The notes under the pieces were generated by a model. It ran no database searches. It saw only the letters and a list, made by a program, of their open reading frames with translations, and had not been told where the DNA came from. The translations under genes and the position numbers were made by a program. A stretch of 32,000 bases of DNA from Candidatus Electrothrix yaqonensis (lineage in GTDB: Bacteria; Desulfobacterota; Desulfobulbia; Desulfobulbales; Desulfobulbaceae): assembly GCA_047651235.1 (NCBI GenBank), contig CP178758.1, positions 2,760,001-2,792,000 on the forward strand, written 5' to 3'. Positions 17,220 through 25,786 of this stretch are shown piece by piece. The stretch's first letter is position 1. Every line of letters starts with the position of its first letter.

Positions 17220-17251
17220 AATACAGAAATAAGAGCGATACCGCTCCTGCA

Positions 17252-18412
17252 CTACTTTCCCTTCCTCTTCATCTGGGCCTGCAGAAGATCGCCAAAAGTT
17301 CCCATGGACTGCGGCCTGCTGTCTTTTTTCGGAGGAGCAGCGTTTTTCTTTTCCTCCGCCTCAGAGGTGTAATCCTCAGGGACCAGAGAAATACGCTGTT
17401 TTTCCTGATCAATACTGTCGATTTTGACCGTGATCTCCTGCCCGGCCTCCAGCACCTCGCGCGGATGATTGAGGCGGCGGCCCGCCCCGAGTTTGGAGAT
17501 ATGCAGCAGCCCGTCAATGCCGGGTTCCAGAGTGACAAAGGCACCGAACTGGGCGAGTCGGGAAACCACGCCTGCATGAATGCTGGCAGGAGGATAGTTT
17601 TCCTCCACCCGGTCCCAGGGATTTTCCAGGGTATCTTTCAGGCTCAGGGAAATGCGGTCTTTGTCCCAGTCCAGCTTTTTGATAACCACTTCCACCTTTT
17701 GCCCGATGCTGAGCACATCCTCTACCCGGTCGGTCTGCCCCCAGGCCAGTTCAGAGATGGGAATCAGGCCGTCCGCACCGCCCAAGTCGATAAACGCCCC
17801 GAATTTCCGGATGGACGTGACCGTGCCTTCCGCCTTGTCCCCTTCATGCAGGTTTTCTTTGAGCTGTTCCCTGAGCTGCGCCCGTTCCTCCTCAAGGACT
17901 GCGCGGGCGGACAGGATAATATTCCGGCCTTTTTTACCGAATTCAATAATCTTGAAGGTCATATCCTGTTCAAGGTACTGATCCGGATTATCCACCCGAT
18001 GCAGTCCCATCTGCGAATAGGGACAGAAGCCGCGCTGCCCGGCAACAGTGACCTGAAAACCGCCTTTAATCTCAGCGGCAATTTTGCCCTGTACCGGAAT
18101 ATTATTCTGAAAGGCCTGTTCCAGCTCCTCCAGTCCGACCTGCCCGGAGCCTATCCTAGTCGTGAAGATCTGCTCGCCGCCCCGATTGCTCAGGAAAAAA
18201 ACGGAAACCGTATCGCCGACGCTCACTGTGAGTCCGGCGTTGTCATCATGAAATTCCGACGCTCCGATGATGCCCTCACTTTTTCCACCCAGATCGAGAA
18301 AGATATTCTCCCCGCTGATGTCGGCAATCACGGCATCAATTTTGTCACCGGGCTGAATTTTTCCGTCGCCGGTTTTCCCCTGAAACAGTTCTGCAAATCG
18401 CTCTTCACTCAT
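17252..18412 (-). CDS. S1 RNA-binding domain protein (four S1 repeats, ribosomal protein S1-like)
   Basis: ATG 18412 (MSEERFAELF) is preferred over the ORF start at 18535. Repeated S1 signatures, e.g. GTVTSIRKFGAFIDLGGADGLIPISEL and GVVSRLAQFGAFVTLEPGIDGLLHISKL. Lys-rich C-terminal tail. Confidence 0.85.
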   Translation of the reverse strand: MSEERFAELFQGKTGDGKIQPGDKIDAVIADISGENIFLDLGGKSEGIIGASEFHDDNAGLTVSVGDTVSVFFLSNRGGEQIFTTRIGSGQVGLEELEQAFQNNIPVQGKIAAEIKGGFQVTVAGQRGFCPYSQMGLHRVDNPDQYLEQDMTFKIIEFGKKGRNIILSARAVLEEERAQLREQLKENLHEGDKAEGTVTSIRKFGAFIDLGGADGLIPISELAWGQTDRVEDVLSIGQKVEVVIKKLDWDKDRISLSLKDTLENPWDRVEENYPPASIHAGVVSRLAQFGAFVTLEPGIDGLLHISKLGAGRRLNHPREVLEAGQEITVKIDSIDQEKQRISLVPEDYTSEAEEKKNAAPPKKDSRPQSMGTFGDLLQAQMKRKGK

Positions 18413-18449
18413 GTTGTCGTGATGGGTTTTGTTTGAAGGATACTGATGG

Positions 18450-19196
18450 TTACTGCCTGATGATTTCCGTATCAGAAGGCAGATTGAGCTGCACGAGCTT
18501 TGCCATGGTCTGCGGGGAGTTTTTCGGCAGCGCATTAAACCTGATATTACTGAATGTCAGTTCGGTAATTGTTTCAAAATGATCTTCCAGAATGAGTTTT
18601 CTGATCAGAAACTGTTGATCAAACCAGAGATGAATGGCTTTGGTCTGCCCGTCAGGCTTCTTCGGCACCAGCTTTACTGCCAGCAGATTCCGGTCTGTGG
18701 GGCTGCCCATGAAACGGCTGTCCGGGGAAAGCGGGGTAAAATCGTCCAGCAGGTTCCGCTTTCCGGAAAAAAAGGCATAGGTCAGATCGGACTGCAGCTT
18801 TCGGGCCGACATGATGATCAGCTGCTTGTCCTTTTTTGTATAAATGGACAGTTCGTTGCCGTCATTCAGGATGATCTGGGTATCCGGTTTGCTGTAGTCC
18901 CAGCGCATGATGCCGGGAAGACCGGAACTTGCCCGATAAAAGACGCTGTTGCCCGCTCCTGTCCGCTGCCGGCCGTTGCTGCGGGTCAGCTGCCGGAAGT
19001 CAAAACTGAGACTGCTCAGATCATTATAAAATTTTTGGATTTTTTTCAGCTCCTGCAGCGGAACCCCCGGAACATTTGCTGCCCGGACACTGCGCTGCGG
19101 AGTGATGATGAGCAGAAAAAAGCTAACGCTGAGAAGAAACGAAAAAAAAGAAAGAGGCCGGAAAAGAGTACGGTTATACATTTGATTTTTACACAT
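18450..19196 (-). CDS. lolA: Outer-membrane lipoprotein carrier LolA-like protein
   Basis: Signal peptide (FFSFLLSVSFFLLIITP...VRA). LSFDFRQL...GIMRWDYSKPDTQIILNDGNELSIY is typical of the LolA family. ATG 19196 lies inside the last murI codons; an alternative start is ATG 19181. Confidence 0.7.
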   Translation of the reverse strand: MCKNQMYNRTLFRPLSFFSFLLSVSFFLLIITPQRSVRAANVPGVPLQELKKIQKFYNDLSSLSFDFRQLTRSNGRQRTGAGNSVFYRASSGLPGIMRWDYSKPDTQIILNDGNELSIYTKKDKQLIIMSARKLQSDLTYAFFSGKRNLLDDFTPLSPDSRFMGSPTDRNLLAVKLVPKKPDGQTKAIHLWFDQQFLIRKLILEDHFETITELTFSNIRFNALPKNSPQTMAKLVQLNLPSDTEIIRQ

Positions 19197-20001
19197 TTAC
19201 TTTTATCAGATTGATCTTGCGTCCGAAGATATCATCGGCCAGCTGCTGCAGAGGCGGGGTGGAATCGGAAACAAAAAAACGGTTCAGTTCAGGATGATGC
19301 GGCGGAGCAGATCCTGCTGTCCGCCTGATATTGGAAGGTATTTCAGAAGAATTGTCAAGGAATGTTTTCAGATACCGGGCTGTTTCAACAGAGGAGTCGA
19401 TCAGCCGGACTCGCCTGCCGATTCTTCGGCGGATCAGCTCGGCAAGAAGCGGATAATGGGTGCAGCCCAGAATCAGGGTGTCAACCTGCCGTTGCCGCAG
19501 AGGATGGAGATACCGCCGCAGGATCATTTTTGTCTCCCGTTGTTTCAGCCATCCCTCCTCGATAAGCGGGACAAGCAGCGGGCAGGCTCTGCTGAAGATC
19601 CGGCATTCGGGATCGAGTTCCCGAATCTGTTTTTCGTACATACCGGAGCGGACAGTTGCTCTGGTCCCTATGATGCCGATTTTCCTGTTTCTGGTTCGTT
19701 CAACCGCCTTGCCGGTTGTTGCGGTGATAACATCAATGATCGGTACTGAATATTGCGCCCGCAGATGTTCGGCAGCCGTGGCGGCTGCCGTGTTGCAGGC
19801 AACAATAATGACGGTCGCGCCCCGGCTGAGGAGGAAATCGGTGTTGCGGCGGGAGCAGGCAATAACGGCTTCCGGACTTTTGGAACCATAGGGGCTGCGG
19901 GCGATGTCGCCGAAGTAGAGCAGCGGATACTGCGGACAGAACTGCTCCACTGTTCTGGCAACGGTCATCCCGCCGACACCGGAGTCGAAAATACCGATCA
20001 T
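19189..20001 (-). CDS. murI: Glutamate racemase MurI
   Basis: IGIFDSGVGGMTV, the catalytic Cys motifs VIIVACNTAAA and LILGCTHYPLL. 270 aa. Confidence 0.92.
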   Translation of the reverse strand: MIGIFDSGVGGMTVARTVEQFCPQYPLLYFGDIARSPYGSKSPEAVIACSRRNTDFLLSRGATVIIVACNTAAATAAEHLRAQYSVPIIDVITATTGKAVERTRNRKIGIIGTRATVRSGMYEKQIRELDPECRIFSRACPLLVPLIEEGWLKQRETKMILRRYLHPLRQRQVDTLILGCTHYPLLAELIRRRIGRRVRLIDSSVETARYLKTFLDNSSEIPSNIRRTAGSAPPHHPELNRFFVSDSTPPLQQLADDIFGRKINLIKVNV

Positions 20002-20052
20002 AAAGAAACGAAAAAACGATCAAGGAAAAATAGAGAAAGAAAAGAACCTGCC

Positions 20053-20487
20053 TTATTTCTTTCTTTTCCCCCTGTTGCCGAATGATTTCCGCAGATTCGG
20101 ATGAATACCGCGTTCTTTGCTGGCCTTTGACCGCTCTTCGGAAAGAGCTTTTGCACAAAGGGACTGAGTACTGCTGAATCCGTATTTTTTCCGGTACTCT
20201 TTTGAGGTCATGCTGTGAGCTTTGACCAGATGTTTGGTGAGCATTTTAAATGACTGACCGCATTCCAGGCAGACGATTCTGTTTTTCTGGATGGATCTTT
20301 TCGGATCCATTGCCGGTTTTTCCTCTTTTTCCTCGATATTAATGCCTGCCAGCTCGGCCTCCTGCAAATCCTTCAGCGCCTGATAGGTATCATTAAGCGC
20401 ACCTTTAATTTCATCGGTTGTCATATTGGAACCGCTGATTTGCGACTGAATAATTTCAGCGGTCATCTCAACTAATGTTTTGCTCAT
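20053..20487 (-). CDS. MucR/Ros family zinc-finger transcriptional regulator
   Basis: 144 aa. CLECGQSFKMLTKHLVKAH (C-x2-C...H-x4-H) followed by SKEYRKKYGF is characteristic of Ros/MucR. Confidence 0.85.
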   Translation of the reverse strand: MSKTLVEMTAEIIQSQISGSNMTTDEIKGALNDTYQALKDLQEAELAGINIEEKEEKPAMDPKRSIQKNRIVCLECGQSFKMLTKHLVKAHSMTSKEYRKKYGFSSTQSLCAKALSEERSKASKERGIHPNLRKSFGNRGKRKK

Positions 20488-20664
20488 GTTATACTCCTTA
20501 AAAGCAGTAAAGATTTTTATCAGAAAAATTCTTATGTATATATCAAAACTGTTAGACTATATAATACAGCATATCATTATGCAAGATAATATTGAACCAT
20601 ATCGCACCGGATATTTTCTGCCTCTCGTTTTCATATCCCGCCTACCTGTTTCATTTTTCCACAG

Positions 20665-20693
20665 TTGACAGGCAGCCGGAGGAGGATTATTTT
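20665..20693 (+). promoter_or_regulatory. Sigma70-like promoter candidate upstream of the FmdB-family gene (TTGACA-17 nt-TATTTT)
   Basis: TTGACA at 20665-20670, a 17-nt spacer, then TATTTT at 20688-20693, in the AT-rich divergent region shared with the MucR-family gene. Sequence match only. Confidence 0.35.
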
Positions 20694-20796
20694 ATGTATC
20701 TTGGAAGGACAGTACAGTGTCCATACGGCGTTCCGCCGTTCTCTTTATTCCAATATTCAATATTTCAATGTGATATTTATATGTTGAGGTGAAAAA

Positions 20797-21144
20797 ATGC
20801 CTGTTTATGAGTACGAATGTCCGACATGCGAAAAAGTGTTTGAAGTGCAGCAGAAAATCAGTGACCAGCCGTTGACGGCATGTTCCCTGTGCGGCGGAGA
20901 GGTCAGAAAACTGGTCTCAAGAAGTGCTTTTCATCTGAAAGGCGGAGGATGGTATGCGGACGGATATGCTTCCGGTGCGCAGGAAGAAAGTAACGAAAAA
21001 AATAACGGAGAAAACAGCGGGACCACTCCGACGGGTAAAAAGGATACGACAAATGACACTGCAAAAGATACCGCAAAAACAGCGTCTTCTTCATGCGGAG
21101 GCGGCAACGGAAAAGCATGTGCAGGATGTCCGGCATCTGCCTGA
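20797..21144 (+). CDS. FmdB-family (CxxC_CxxC_SSSS) zinc-ribbon protein
   Basis: MPVYEYECPTCEKVFEV...CSLCGGEVRKLVS is the canonical N-terminal zinc ribbon. Low-complexity Thr/Lys/Asp tail. SD GAGGTG before the ATG. Confidence 0.8.
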   Translation: MPVYEYECPTCEKVFEVQQKISDQPLTACSLCGGEVRKLVSRSAFHLKGGGWYADGYASGAQEESNEKNNGENSGTTPTGKKDTTNDTAKDTAKTASSSCGGGNGKACAGCPASA

Positions 21145-21423
21145 CTGTCTTTCCGGCGGCTGTTCAGGCAGCCAAGCGGCGGACCGTTCAGTCTGAAACC
21201 TGAACCGTGCTGTGGAAACGGAAAACCGCCGGGAATCCGGCCCTGACAGCTGCCTGCCCCGGCAGCCATATCAGCCGAGCCAGCAGCCGATATCTGCGAT
21301 ATGAAAAGATGTAGGAGAGTACGCTGTTTTTCAATTGACAGCGTTTTGTTTTCGCTGGTACTCTGAATAAGGAACAATAAGATTAAACGTGTTTAAAATC
21401 ATAACTTCAACAGGAGCGGTGTG

Positions 21424-21789
21424 ATGGCGGGTGCAGAAGCAGTTGCGGAGAGTTCTTCCGGTGTCGGCTTTTTTGCAAAATTAGGCGCATGGATACAGAG
21501 TACCAATATCCCCGTGCAGGTAAAGGAAGTTGACTTTTCTGGCCTTTTCACTAATCCGTGGTTTATCGTTCCGTTTATTGCTCTAATTGCCTATCTTGTC
21601 TGGAAACAGTCGTTCAGCGAGCTGATTATTATAGGTATCTTCGTCGCTCTCTGGTGGGTAAGCGGCACGGAATATATGCAGACGCTTATTGTTGACGGAG
21701 AACTGCAGATAAAAAAGATACTGCCTGTTCTTGCCGGGGCTTCGGCAATTCTCGGATTCATTATTTATCTTTTTTTCGGTCGCTCCTGA
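21424..21789 (+). CDS. Small hypothetical membrane protein (about 3 TM)
   Basis: AGGAG lies 7 nt upstream of ATG 21424. Hydrophobic segments WFIVPFIALIAYLVW, LIIIGIFVALWWV and ILPVLAGASAILGFIIYLFF. I recognise no family. Confidence 0.45.
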   Translation: MAGAEAVAESSSGVGFFAKLGAWIQSTNIPVQVKEVDFSGLFTNPWFIVPFIALIAYLVWKQSFSELIIIGIFVALWWVSGTEYMQTLIVDGELQIKKILPVLAGASAILGFIIYLFFGRS

Positions 21790-21925
21790 TGTATTGCCTG
21801 CTGTGCACAGCCGCTTGTACGCCGCCTGTACAATGCATGCAATGTATACAGCCTCAGATCCGGAAATCGGAAATCAGAAGTTATAAAAAAATATACGCAA
21901 AAGCCCATACGTCAGGTTGCTCAGC

Positions 21926-23014
21926 ATGGAATATCGTAACGCTGTTTTTGTTGTTACTTCAGAAGATTCCTGTCCTATCTATAATGCAGGCGAGGAAATC
22001 CAGATTCAGGATGCGGCAGTCAGTGTCGATTACGAAAAACCGGTCTGCCTGATCCTGACACGTGAACTGCACAAGGCGCTTTCCAAGAAGCCTGGTGAAC
22101 AGCGGTTTACCCAGATGTCCATGCAGCGGGCTTCGTTCCGGTGTCCGGGCTGTACCGGCTCCATGCGGTTCGAGTATAAAAAGGAACGGGGTTTTTCCAC
22201 TCTGCAGATGAATCTGCTGCGGATTGCCGACAAGAAGGCGAGGAAACGGCATGTGGAGGCACTGTTCAAGCATCTGCGGACAATGCAGGTCTTTGAGTTG
22301 CTTGAAGATCACGATCTGCTTGACCTGATCTCCATGCTGAAACTGAAGCAGTTTGATCCGAACAAGGTGATTATCTCAGAAGGGGCCAGAGGAACCCACC
22401 TGTATATCATCTTGTCCGGCAAGGTTGCAATTGTTAAAGGAGAAGAAGTCATTGCCGAAATAGGACGCGGCGAGATCTTCGGGGAAATGAGTCTTCTCTC
22501 CGGTGAGCCGGCCAGCAGTTCGGTACACTCACGTACAGTTGTCAAATTCGGCACCATCAACGGCAAGGATCTCAAGTTTATCCTCAACAGGTATCCTGTG
22601 CTGCAGATTTTTTTCTATCGGCTGCTGGTTAACCGGGCGCAGATGAATATGGCCAGAACCGGAAAAATCAGTTCAGGAATGAGCGGGGAACTGATTTATA
22701 TCAATCCGGTGGAGCTGTTTCAGCTGATCAACAGCGGCGGCAAGTCGGGCAAGGTTGACCTGATTTTTTCTGACGGCCATGCGACAATTCTGTTCAAGGA
22801 AGGAGAGATTATTGATGCCGCCTACGGCGATCTCAAGGGCAAGGAGGCGTTGTTTGCCCTGCTTACCAAAAGGAAGGGATCATTTACCTACAACACTGAA
22901 CTGTCAAGGAAATATGAAGATCTTCCCGTGCTTGGCGGGTTTATGGGGCTGCTGATGGAGGGGCTGCAGCGTATTGATGAGGAGGGACTGGAACAGAAAG
23001 AACAGGCGTCCTGA
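21926..23014 (+). CDS. Three-module sensor protein: 4-Cys N-terminal module + cNMP-binding-like domain + DUF4388-like domain (paralogue A)
   Basis: 362 aa from ATG 21926. Cys16/41/73/76 (CPIYNAGEE...VCL...RCPGCTG). CNB-fold signature ISEGARGTHLYIILSGKV...GEIFGEMSLLSG. DUF4388-like SGELIYINPVELFQLINSGGKSGKVDLIFSDGHATILFKEGEIIDAAYGDLKGKEALFALLTKRKGSFTY. Confidence 0.75.
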   Translation: MEYRNAVFVVTSEDSCPIYNAGEEIQIQDAAVSVDYEKPVCLILTRELHKALSKKPGEQRFTQMSMQRASFRCPGCTGSMRFEYKKERGFSTLQMNLLRIADKKARKRHVEALFKHLRTMQVFELLEDHDLLDLISMLKLKQFDPNKVIISEGARGTHLYIILSGKVAIVKGEEVIAEIGRGEIFGEMSLLSGEPASSSVHSRTVVKFGTINGKDLKFILNRYPVLQIFFYRLLVNRAQMNMARTGKISSGMSGELIYINPVELFQLINSGGKSGKVDLIFSDGHATILFKEGEIIDAAYGDLKGKEALFALLTKRKGSFTYNTELSRKYEDLPVLGGFMGLLMEGLQRIDEEGLEQKEQAS

Positions 23015-23046
23015 CTCTGACAACGTTTGAAAAAACGAGACGGTCA

Positions 23047-24129
23047 ATGGAATACCGTAATGCTGTATTTGTTGTGACTGAGGAGCATGCCTGTCCGATA
23101 TATAATGTAGGGGAAGAATTTGTTATTCATGATTCGACTCTTTCCATAGAGCGGAACAAAGAGGTCTGTCTGATCATGGTACGGGATCTGCTGGCAGCGC
23201 TTGCCAGTAAAAAACCTTTGGCACCACGCTTTACCCAGACGGGAATGCGGCGGACCAAATTTGAATGCGGCGGATGTACCGGACTTATTCGGTTCGAATA
23301 TAAAAAGGAAAACGCCTACTCCACCCTGCAGATGAATCTCCTGGAGGTGGCAAAAAGGCGGGCAAAAAAACAACTCCTCGAAGAGTTCTTTAATCTTCTC
23401 AGAGATATGGAGCTTTTTGAACCCCTTGACGATTTTGATCTGCAGGATCTCGCTCTGTTGATGAAACTGCAGAAGTATCCCTCCAATAAAGTCATTATTG
23501 AGTCCGGTGCGGTAGGAACCCACTTTTATGTTGTCTTGTCCGGTAAAGTAGCTGTTGTCCGGGATGACAACGAAACTGTCGCTGAACTCGGTCCGGGAGA
23601 AATTTTCGGAGAAATGAGCCTGCTCTCCGGTGCACTGACTTATCCCTCAGTCTATTCGAAAACGCCGGTTCAGCTGGCATCTCTGAAGGCGAAAGACTTC
23701 AAACATGTTCTTTCCAGGTACCCGATCCTGCAGATTTTTTTCTACCGTGTTCTAGTGAGCCGTGCGCAGAAAAATACCATGCAGTCCGGGAATATCAGTT
23801 CCGGTATGACCGGAGAACTTTCCGACATCAACTCTGTGGAGCTGTTTCAGCTGATTAATGCTGGCGGCAAGAGCGGAAAAGTCTGTTTTGTCTTTGACGA
23901 ATGCCAAGCTGTTACCCTGTTCAACGAAGGCGAGATTGTTTTCTGCAGATATGGTGAACAGAAAGGCAAAGGTGCATTTTTTTCCCTGCTGACCAAACAG
24001 AAAGGGCAGTTCACGTATACCACGGGGCTGTCGCATGAGGAAAAAGAACTGCCCGTGCTCGGCGGATTTATGGGGCTGGTTATGGAAGGACTGCGCCGTC
24101 TGGACGAAGAGCAGGAAGCCGAAGATTAA
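23047..24129 (+). CDS. Three-module sensor protein, paralogue B of 21926-23014
   Basis: 360 aa, starting 32 nt after paralogue A. Colinear with A, identical at roughly half or more of positions by eye, including MEYRNAVFVVT, the four Cys, GEIFGEMSLLSG, VELFQLIN.GGKSGKV and LPVLGGFMGL.MEGL.R.DEE. Confidence 0.75.
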   Translation: MEYRNAVFVVTEEHACPIYNVGEEFVIHDSTLSIERNKEVCLIMVRDLLAALASKKPLAPRFTQTGMRRTKFECGGCTGLIRFEYKKENAYSTLQMNLLEVAKRRAKKQLLEEFFNLLRDMELFEPLDDFDLQDLALLMKLQKYPSNKVIIESGAVGTHFYVVLSGKVAVVRDDNETVAELGPGEIFGEMSLLSGALTYPSVYSKTPVQLASLKAKDFKHVLSRYPILQIFFYRVLVSRAQKNTMQSGNISSGMTGELSDINSVELFQLINAGGKSGKVCFVFDECQAVTLFNEGEIVFCRYGEQKGKGAFFSLLTKQKGQFTYTTGLSHEEKELPVLGGFMGLVMEGLRRLDEEQEAED

Positions 24130-24179
24130 ACATCCGTTATCCTGTAATATCATTCCCGGCAGCGGTTATTCCTCTGTAT

Positions 24180-24321
24180 ATTTAATGCGAATTAGGAGTT
24201 GGATTATCCGGTCTCAGTAAAAACAGGTAGTTACAGAAAATCCGTTCCGATTCTGCAGAATCTGGCAGCTTTATCCTCTTGATTTTGCGTCATAGATTTT
24301 AACTCCTAATTCGCATATTTA
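24180..24321. mobile_element. MITE-like element: 16-bp perfect terminal inverted repeats flanked by 5-bp direct repeat ATTTA
   Basis: ATGCGAATTAGGAGTT at 24185-24200 is the exact reverse complement of AACTCCTAATTCGCAT at 24301-24316. ATTTA sits at 24180-24184 and at 24317-24321. An internal perfect 14-bp palindrome GATTCTGCAGAATC lies at 24249-24262. The right arm covers the fabB stop and its last codons. A structured RNA or terminator is the alternative. Confidence 0.45.
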
Positions 24322-25529
24322 CGGAAGATCAGGCAGGCATTGGTGCCGCCGAATCCGTAGCTGTTCGACATGACGCAGTTCAGCTCTTTTCGCTGTATTT
24401 CCTGGACAATATGCATCTCCTCGGCTTCCGGTTCCAACGTATGGATATTGGCGGTTGCGGCAATAAAATTATGCCTGAGCATGAGCAGGCTGTAGATGGC
24501 CTCATGCACCCCGGCAGCTCCCAAAGCATGGCCGGAAAGCGATTTAGTGGAGCTGATCAGGGGGATGCTGCTGCCGAAGACATAGCGGATCGCCTGCAGT
24601 TCAACCAGATCACCGACAGGCGTGGACGTTCCGTGGGCATTGATATACTCAACAGCTTCGGCGGGGCAGCCTGCGGATTCCAAAGCAAGAGCAATACAGC
24701 GGGCTGCGCCTTCGCCTGACGGAGTCACCATTTCATATCCGTCTGCTGTAGCGCCATACCCGATAAGCTCGCCATAAATTTCCGCACCCCGCTGACGGGC
24801 GTGGTCCAGTTCCTCCAATACCACCATTCCTGCGCCGTTGGCAACCACAAAGCCGTCCCGGTCCACATCATAGGGTCGGGATGCCTGTTCCGGGCAGTCA
24901 TTGAATTTTGTGGATAGTGCTCCCATTGCGTCAAACATGGAGGTCTGGGTCCAGTGTTCCTCATCACTGCCGCCTGCAAAAACAATATCCTGCTTCCCCA
25001 GCTGAATCTGCTCCATTGCCGCACCTATACAATGGGAGCCGGTGGCACAGGCCGAGGAGATGGAATAGCAGGTTCCTTTGATTTGAAAAGGCGCGGTCAG
25101 TCCTGCTGAGACAGTGCTGGACATGGTGCGCGGTACCATAAATGGACTCAGACGGCGCAGACCTCTGCTGCGCATAATATCTGCCGTATCGACCACATTT
25201 TCAGCAGATGTGCCGCCTGAACCGATAATCAGGCCGGTACGCGGCGAGGAAACCTGATCAGGCTGCAGCCCGCTGTCCTGCACAGCCTGCCGCATGGCTA
25301 TATAGGCATAAGCGGCTGCTTTTCCCATGAAACGGAGCACTTTCTTATCAATATGTTCTTTACAGTTGAGCCGGGTGAACGCTCCGATCTGGGAACGGAG
25401 TCCGAGTTCTTTGTACGGTTCCCAATACTGGACTCCTGACCGTCCTTCCTGCAGGGAGACAAGAACATCCTCCACTGTATCGCCGAGGGAGGACACGATG
25501 CCCATCCCTGTGATGACCACTCTGCGCAT
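24306..25529 (-). CDS. fabB: 3-oxoacyl-ACP synthase I (KAS I, FabB-type)
   Basis: 407 aa, colinear with E. coli FabB as I remember it ([40 protein letters not shown] identical block, [33 protein letters not shown]). Confidence 0.9.
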   Translation of the reverse strand: MRRVVITGMGIVSSLGDTVEDVLVSLQEGRSGVQYWEPYKELGLRSQIGAFTRLNCKEHIDKKVLRFMGKAAAYAYIAMRQAVQDSGLQPDQVSSPRTGLIIGSGGTSAENVVDTADIMRSRGLRRLSPFMVPRTMSSTVSAGLTAPFQIKGTCYSISSACATGSHCIGAAMEQIQLGKQDIVFAGGSDEEHWTQTSMFDAMGALSTKFNDCPEQASRPYDVDRDGFVVANGAGMVVLEELDHARQRGAEIYGELIGYGATADGYEMVTPSGEGAARCIALALESAGCPAEAVEYINAHGTSTPVGDLVELQAIRYVFGSSIPLISSTKSLSGHALGAAGVHEAIYSLLMLRHNFIAATANIHTLEPEAEEMHIVQEIQRKELNCVMSNSYGFGGTNACLIFRKYAN

Positions 25530-25786
25530 TATTTTTTCTGCAATAAAATTATTCTGTTCAGCAGAAACAGATTATATGATTAAAACTAAAACAATAGGCA
25601 AAGGCAATGCCTGCGGAGACATTGCCGGACATCTGTAATTGTATCTCTCCTGCCGGTTCAGCAACCAGCAGGAGTATACAAGACAGATTCGTTCGGAACA
25701 AACAATATTTAACAATGCATCTGCTGATCCAGCTCTCCTGTCAGCGCAGAAACTGAAGAAAGCGGTTCAGAACAGCTTCCGATCGC

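Noticed and set aside
17465-18436. 323-aa plus-strand ORF opposite the S1-domain gene
   Set aside because: Shadow ORF. The minus-strand product has four clean S1 repeats.
20724-20770. Hairpin ACGGCG-TTC-CGCCGT plus T-rich tail, and CAATATT/CAATATTT/CAATGTG tandem motifs just upstream of the FmdB-family gene (possible attenuator or MucR-binding site)
   Set aside because: The stem is short (6 bp) and the repeats are short and AT-rich, in already AT-rich DNA. There is insufficient evidence for a specific regulatory call without comparative or binding data.
21789-22052. 87-aa ORF starting with Cys-rich MYCLLCTAACTPPVQCMQCIQ, with its ATG overlapping the TGA of the small membrane protein gene
   Set aside because: It is tempting as a coupled Cys-rich peptide in the 136-nt gap. 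However, it runs 126 nt into the well-supported CNB/DUF4388 gene in another frame, and the rest of the translation looks random. It is worth a look in ribosome-profiling data only.
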